Shown one piece after another: positions 29,665 to 32,949 of a DNA stretch of 32,949 bases. The position numbers and the translations under genes were made by a program. Location of the stretch: the NCBI GenBank assembly GCA_050173015.1, contig JBFXLE010000033.1, forward strand, positions 1 to 32,949. Reading direction: 5' to 3'. The DNA comes from Calditrichaceae bacterium. GTDB taxonomy: Bacteria > Calditrichota > Calditrichia > Calditrichales > JBFXGD01. The notes below the pieces were generated by a model that had not been told where the DNA came from, searched no databases, and saw only the letters and a list, made by a program, of their open reading frames with translations. Each line of letters begins with the position of its first letter. Within the stretch, counting starts at the first letter, position 1.

Positions 29665-30981
29665 CTATTTTTCCTGCCCCGTTCGCTTCACCACAACAAC
29701 CGTCATATCATCCATCTGAGTACTTTCACTGCTAAAATCAAATACATTTTTCATGATGACCTGAATCAGTTCAGCGGCAGACAGGTCGCGGTTTTTCTGA
29801 ACCACCTCGTATAACCTCTGTTCACCGAACTCCTCCTCGTCCACATTCATCGCTTCAGTTAATCCGTCAGAATAAAGAAGGAGTAGATCACCCGTGTTAA
29901 ATGACACTCTGTCCTGATCGTATGAATATTTTTCAACGAATCCGACAACGATTCCCCCGGTTGTCAATCGGGAACACTCCCTGTCCCCCCTGAGCAAAAA
30001 CGGAATATCATGTCCGGCATTCGTATAAATCAAATGATTCGATTTATTATCAATGATTCCATAAAATAACGTCGCAAATTTATCCAGATCCGTACTTCTG
30101 AATATCAACTGATTTGAGCGTCCGATACATTCCTTCGGTCCCGATTCAAGCATCATTGTCTGTCCGCGTAGAGTCGCCTGGAGATTGGACATTAGAAGCG
30201 CGGCCGGCATACCCTTACCGGAAACATCTCCGAGGCAGATCGCCAGCCGTGATTCATCCACTTTGATAAAATCATAATAATCACCACCCACATCTTTCGC
30301 GGGAATACTCTGTCCGGCAATATCATAGCCTTCAAAATGCGGGTAATCTTTGGGCAGCAGAATTTTCTGTATCTCGGTTGCCAGTCTCATTTCCTCCTGA
30401 ATGCGGAAAAGATTCTGCTCCTCCTCATATAATCGCGCGTTTTCAATCACTTGCGTTGACTGTGACGCGATGATCGAAAGCAGTCTTTGATCTTCCGTTG
30501 TAAAACCGCTCACATGTTTTTTATTGAAAGCGGTCAGCAGGCCTATCATCTCTCCCTTGAGAATTAACGGGACGCTCAAAAGCGACTGCACCGGGAGATC
30601 CACGTCTTTTGGCTTGATAAAACGGCTGTCATTTTTCAGGTCATTTACAAGAAGCGGTTGTCTGTTTTTTAACATCCAGCCGGTCAGCTGTGTATCCATG
30701 CGATAGGGAAGAAACTTGGAACTGTCATCCGCCTTCCGGACCATTGTGTGAAACGGCTTACCGGGATCATGTTTATCCAGCAGCATAACCGCTCCCTGCT
30801 CCACATGGAGATGCTTAATACACTTATGAATGATCAAATCAATGACACGTTCCAGTGATAATGTTGAACTTATCGCGATGGATATTTCATTAAGAATTGA
30901 TAATTCTTCGATGCCGATTCGTAACCGGCGATTTTCTTCCTCGAGCTGTGTCAATTTTTTGGATAACTGGTCGATTTCCAT
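29665..30981 (-). CDS. Coiled coil-GAF-PP2C (SpoIIE/RsbU-like) phosphatase
   Basis: VGGDYYD, GDVSGKG, NAGH, YSDGLTE and DDMT motifs; paralog of 20532..21857. Confidence 0.93.
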   Translation of the reverse strand: MEIDQLSKKLTQLEEENRRLRIGIEELSILNEISIAISSTLSLERVIDLIIHKCIKHLHVEQGAVMLLDKHDPGKPFHTMVRKADDSSKFLPYRMDTQLTGWMLKNRQPLLVNDLKNDSRFIKPKDVDLPVQSLLSVPLILKGEMIGLLTAFNKKHVSGFTTEDQRLLSIIASQSTQVIENARLYEEEQNLFRIQEEMRLATEIQKILLPKDYPHFEGYDIAGQSIPAKDVGGDYYDFIKVDESRLAICLGDVSGKGMPAALLMSNLQATLRGQTMMLESGPKECIGRSNQLIFRSTDLDKFATLFYGIIDNKSNHLIYTNAGHDIPFLLRGDRECSRLTTGGIVVGFVEKYSYDQDRVSFNTGDLLLLYSDGLTEAMNVDEEEFGEQRLYEVVQKNRDLSAAELIQVIMKNVFDFSSESTQMDDMTVVVVKRTGQEK

Positions 30982-31203
30982 GACTTCATCCCCCGAAAAT
31001 TAAAAGAACTGTCGAAGTCTTCCATGACAGATAAAAACAGCATTTATGTCAATAATATTAAATACCCGGTAAGCGCCTTAGAGTGCAGGGCAGAAACAGT
31101 GTTTTAATTTAACCCATACAACGGAAATATGGCCGTTCTTAATCCGAAACAGAATACTTTTTGGGCTTAATCTGTTTCTGATGCCCAAAACTCTGTCTAT
31201 CAA

Positions 31204-31421
31204 AATCACGAAGAGATGAAATTTTTGTAGAAAAAAATACACAGCGTTATTCTGCGACCCCGGCGGGGTCGTACAATTACCATTAAATTGCTATTTCTAC
31301 AAAAACGCGACACCTCCGACGCCGCGTTTCCATATCCAATCCATTTAACATTGTTACATCAACCCTGAAATTTCAATTTATTCGTTAAGCCCAATCCCGA
31401 AGAGATGAAATTTTTGTAGAA
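31204..31421. repeat. Cluster of REP-like elements
   Basis: 29-mer AATC[AC]CGAAGAGATGAAATTTTTGTAGAA at 31204 and 31393; hairpin TGCGACCCC-GGC-GGGGTCGTA at 31253-31273. Confidence 0.75.
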
Positions 31422-31650
31422 TAACCCCGCGCCCATGCCACCGGCAGACTAGTGATAATGGCTACTTTGTTATCTAGTAATAATAATTGCCAGTGAAAGT
31501 TCTTTCAAATGTGTCTTAAATCTAGTGTTCTTCAAAATCAAGACAATCTAACCTACAATCACTTTTAAAATAAACTGATATCAAACGAGCTATTGCTGAC
31601 ATCGCTTTGCGAGAAAATTTGAGACAACTTCCAGAAAATGGGCTGCAAGA

Positions 31651-31774
31651 AGCTAACGGCTCGGCTATAAGTAATTGCATGGGTTGGGATTGGTAAGTAC
31701 GCCTACTCAGAAAGACTACCTTTAAACTTTCAGAGCAGGCGAGAACACGCAATTGCTTATAACCGTTGTTAGCA
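31651..31774 (-). mobile_element. Integron attC-like recombination site
   Basis: On the minus strand, 4 nt after the adh stop: TGCTAAC-AACGGTTATAAGCAATTGC ... GCAATTACTTATAGCCGAGCC-GTTAGC. It forms a long imperfect hairpin with an inner CGCCTGCTCTGAAAG/CTTTCTGAGTAGGCG stem. Confidence 0.75.
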
Positions 31775-31778
31775 ATAG

Positions 31779-32819
31779 TTATTCATTATTAATAATGATT
31801 TTCATTGCTTTTTCCTTAGCGCCATTTAAAAACACTTGATAAGCATGCTCAAGTTTTGAAAGAGGGAAATGATGTGTAATCATTTTCTTTAAATCCAAAC
31901 GATTAGTAGAAGTCGCTTTTAATAGCATTGGAGTTGTATTTGTATTAACCAGTCCGGTAGTGATAGTAAGATTTTTAATCCATAGTTTTTCAATTTCAAA
32001 ATCTACCTTTTTGCCATGTACTCCTACATTAGCAATGTGAGCGCCAGGTTTTACTATTTTTTGGCAAATATCCCAAGTTGGAGGAATTCCAACCGCTTCA
32101 ATAGCCACATCAACACCTTCGTCGCCAACTATTTTTTTAATGGCTTCTTCTACATTTTCAGTTCCGGAATTGATGGTATGTGTAGCGCCTAATTCCTTGG
32201 CCAATTTAAGTCTGTTGTCATCTAAATCAATCATGATTATTTTAGAAGGCGAATAGAACTGAGCTGTCAAAAGTGCAGACATCCCAACAGGACCGGCACC
32301 AACTATGGCAATATCATCTCCGGGTTTTACATTTCCATATTGAACGCCTATTTCGTGACCGGTAGGCAGGATATCGCTCAACAAAACAGCTATATCATCA
32401 TCCATGTTTTTAGGGATTCTATGTAAGCTATTATCGGCATGAGGAATTCTCACATATTCTGCTTGTACGCCGTCTATCATATATCCTAAAATCCAGCCGC
32501 CATCTTTACAATGCGCGTACATTTGTTTTTTACAATATTCGCAAGAACCACAAGAAGTAATACATGAAATCAAAACTTTGTCTCCCTTTTTAAACTGAGA
32601 AACACTATTCCCAATCTCTTCAATAATACCTACACCTTCATGACCAAGAATTCGCCCACTTTCAATTTCAGGGTTTTTGCCTTTGTAGATGCCTAAGTCA
32701 GTTCCGCAAATGGTTGTTTTTATAACTTTCACAATTACATCTGTCGGCTTGATGATTGTTGGTTTTGGTCTTTCTTCTAAAGCGATATTATGATCGCCAT
32801 AATAAACTAATGCTTTCAT
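31779..32819 (-). CDS. Zinc-dependent alcohol dehydrogenase family protein (MDR)
   Basis: ICGTD, LGHEG, CGSCEYC...C and GAGPVG motifs; AGGAG SD; visibly more AT-rich than the neighbouring genes. Confidence 0.95.
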   Translation of the reverse strand: MKALVYYGDHNIALEERPKPTIIKPTDVIVKVIKTTICGTDLGIYKGKNPEIESGRILGHEGVGIIEEIGNSVSQFKKGDKVLISCITSCGSCEYCKKQMYAHCKDGGWILGYMIDGVQAEYVRIPHADNSLHRIPKNMDDDIAVLLSDILPTGHEIGVQYGNVKPGDDIAIVGAGPVGMSALLTAQFYSPSKIIMIDLDDNRLKLAKELGATHTINSGTENVEEAIKKIVGDEGVDVAIEAVGIPPTWDICQKIVKPGAHIANVGVHGKKVDFEIEKLWIKNLTITTGLVNTNTTPMLLKATSTNRLDLKKMITHHFPLSKLEHAYQVFLNGAKEKAMKIIINNE

Positions 32820-32949
32820 TTGTTTCTCCTATGATAAAATCTTTAGTGTTAAGAAGATTTCACTACAAAATTTGGGAAATCTTCAAAGATTAATTTTTCC
32901 TTTAACGTCATATATATGATATCCAAAAGTTTGCGGGAAGTGGCAATAA

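Noticed and set aside
2343-30706. Numerous short antisense or alternate-frame ORFs inside long genes (e.g. 24298..24891, 16305..16739, 10628..10990)
   Set aside because: They are shadow ORFs that overlap well-supported CDSs and show no motifs.
31440-31650. Second gene cassette or attC after the first attC
   Set aside because: The segment is AT-rich with GATAAC, but I found no matching GTT arm and no convincing ORF.
31522-31752. 76-aa ORF downstream of adh
   Set aside because: It runs through the attC-like palindrome and has no RBS or recognisable motif.

Overview
Bacterial window, about 33 kb. A Calditrichota/KSB1/Ignavibacteria-like (FCB-related) source is my inference from gene content and repeat style only. 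The left end has the 3' tip of an IS3/IS481-type transposase, a small lipoprotein gene and a 35-aa membrane ORF. Next come a ~1 kb mosaic of REP/MITE-like repeats, an Lhr helicase with an apparently leaderless sigma70 promoter, AMP nucleosidase and a GDPD. A ~22 kb minus-strand signalling island follows. It holds two GAF-PP2C phosphatases, a double-ABM protein, two STAS proteins, an RsbW-like kinase, and three membrane Ser/Thr kinase-TPR receptors, each followed by a small Pro-tailed protein. One of these small proteins is an NHLP-leader, Trp-rich peptide beside a DDxxD ComQ-like prenyltransferase (candidate prenylated-peptide signal). The island also has an ECF sigma/anti-sigma pair upstream of a 9-aa-repeat protein, an HExxH/propeller/beta-barrel protein and PrsW. 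A shared 29-bp promoter-like motif and a shared juxtamembrane GT[IM]G motif link these genes. The right end has a lower-GC Zn alcohol dehydrogenase gene followed by an integron attC-like site.
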